Origin: Epiperipatus broadwayi
Taxonomy: Eukaryota > Animalia > Onychophora
DNA: 64,000 bases
Assembly: GCA_028023455.1 (NCBI GenBank)
Contig: JAQFVV010000006.1
Location: 16,988,001-17,052,000 of the forward strand
Reading direction: 5' to 3'
The position numbers and the translations under genes were made by a program. Positions 63,927 through 64,000 of this stretch are shown piece by piece; the first letter of the stretch is position 1, and each line of letters begins with the position of its first letter. The notes under the pieces were generated by a model that saw only the letters and a program-made list of their open reading frames with translations, was not told the DNA's origin and ran no database searches.

Positions 63927-64000
63927 ATGAACCCTCCGAAAAAGTGTAAAATTGGTGAAGAATGTCGTGTGTTTAATGAAGAATGGAGAAACAAATATTT
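63927..64000 (+). CDS. N-terminus of a hAT (Charlie/SPIN/GTF2IRD2-like) transposase, partial
   Basis: MNPPKKCKIGEECRVFNEEWRNKYF resembles the KRKxxxExRxFxxEWxxxYF start of this family. Confidence 0.7.
   Translation, partial: MNPPKKCKIGEECRVFNEEWRNKY

Larger units (their letters stand above)
60787..64000 (+). mobile_element. Charlie/SPIN-like hAT element, left part, interrupted by Merlin and running off the window
   Basis: Left end caagggtgggaaaa...gggccacatgtggcc follows gtctaaag (a NTCTARAN-type site). A hAT-like ORF start lies at 63927. Confidence 0.7.

Overview
AT-rich eukaryotic DNA, most likely an invertebrate animal intron or intergenic region. I could not identify any host protein-coding exon with confidence, and most listed ORFs are chance ORFs or transposon debris. 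Recognisable mobile elements: many decayed RTE-clade LINE pieces, three Penelope-like (RT/GIY-YIG) remnants, an L1/Tx1-like zf-RVT fragment, a tRNA-derived SINE (4 copies), two hAT MITEs with 8-bp TSDs, a 3-kb TA-flanked TIR element, and a Merlin (ISXO2/IS1595-like) transposon nested in a Charlie/SPIN-like hAT element. The main discovery is a non-coding repeat family with a ~420-480 nt unit that carries a type I hammerhead ribozyme (HHR). The ribozyme has CUGAUGA/GAAA cores, a 6-bp stem II, a bulged and extended stem I with covariation, and a palindromic stem III too short to fold alone. Insertions are ~1.1 units long with terminal redundancy and repeatedly occur as head-to-head inverted pairs, one of them bounded by a 14-bp TSD. 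This fits a retrozyme-like RNA, possibly circular and dimer-cleaving, mobilised by Penelope-type machinery. A second, unrelated Penelope-type minimal hammerhead group is also present. All ribozyme activity is inferred from sequence only.
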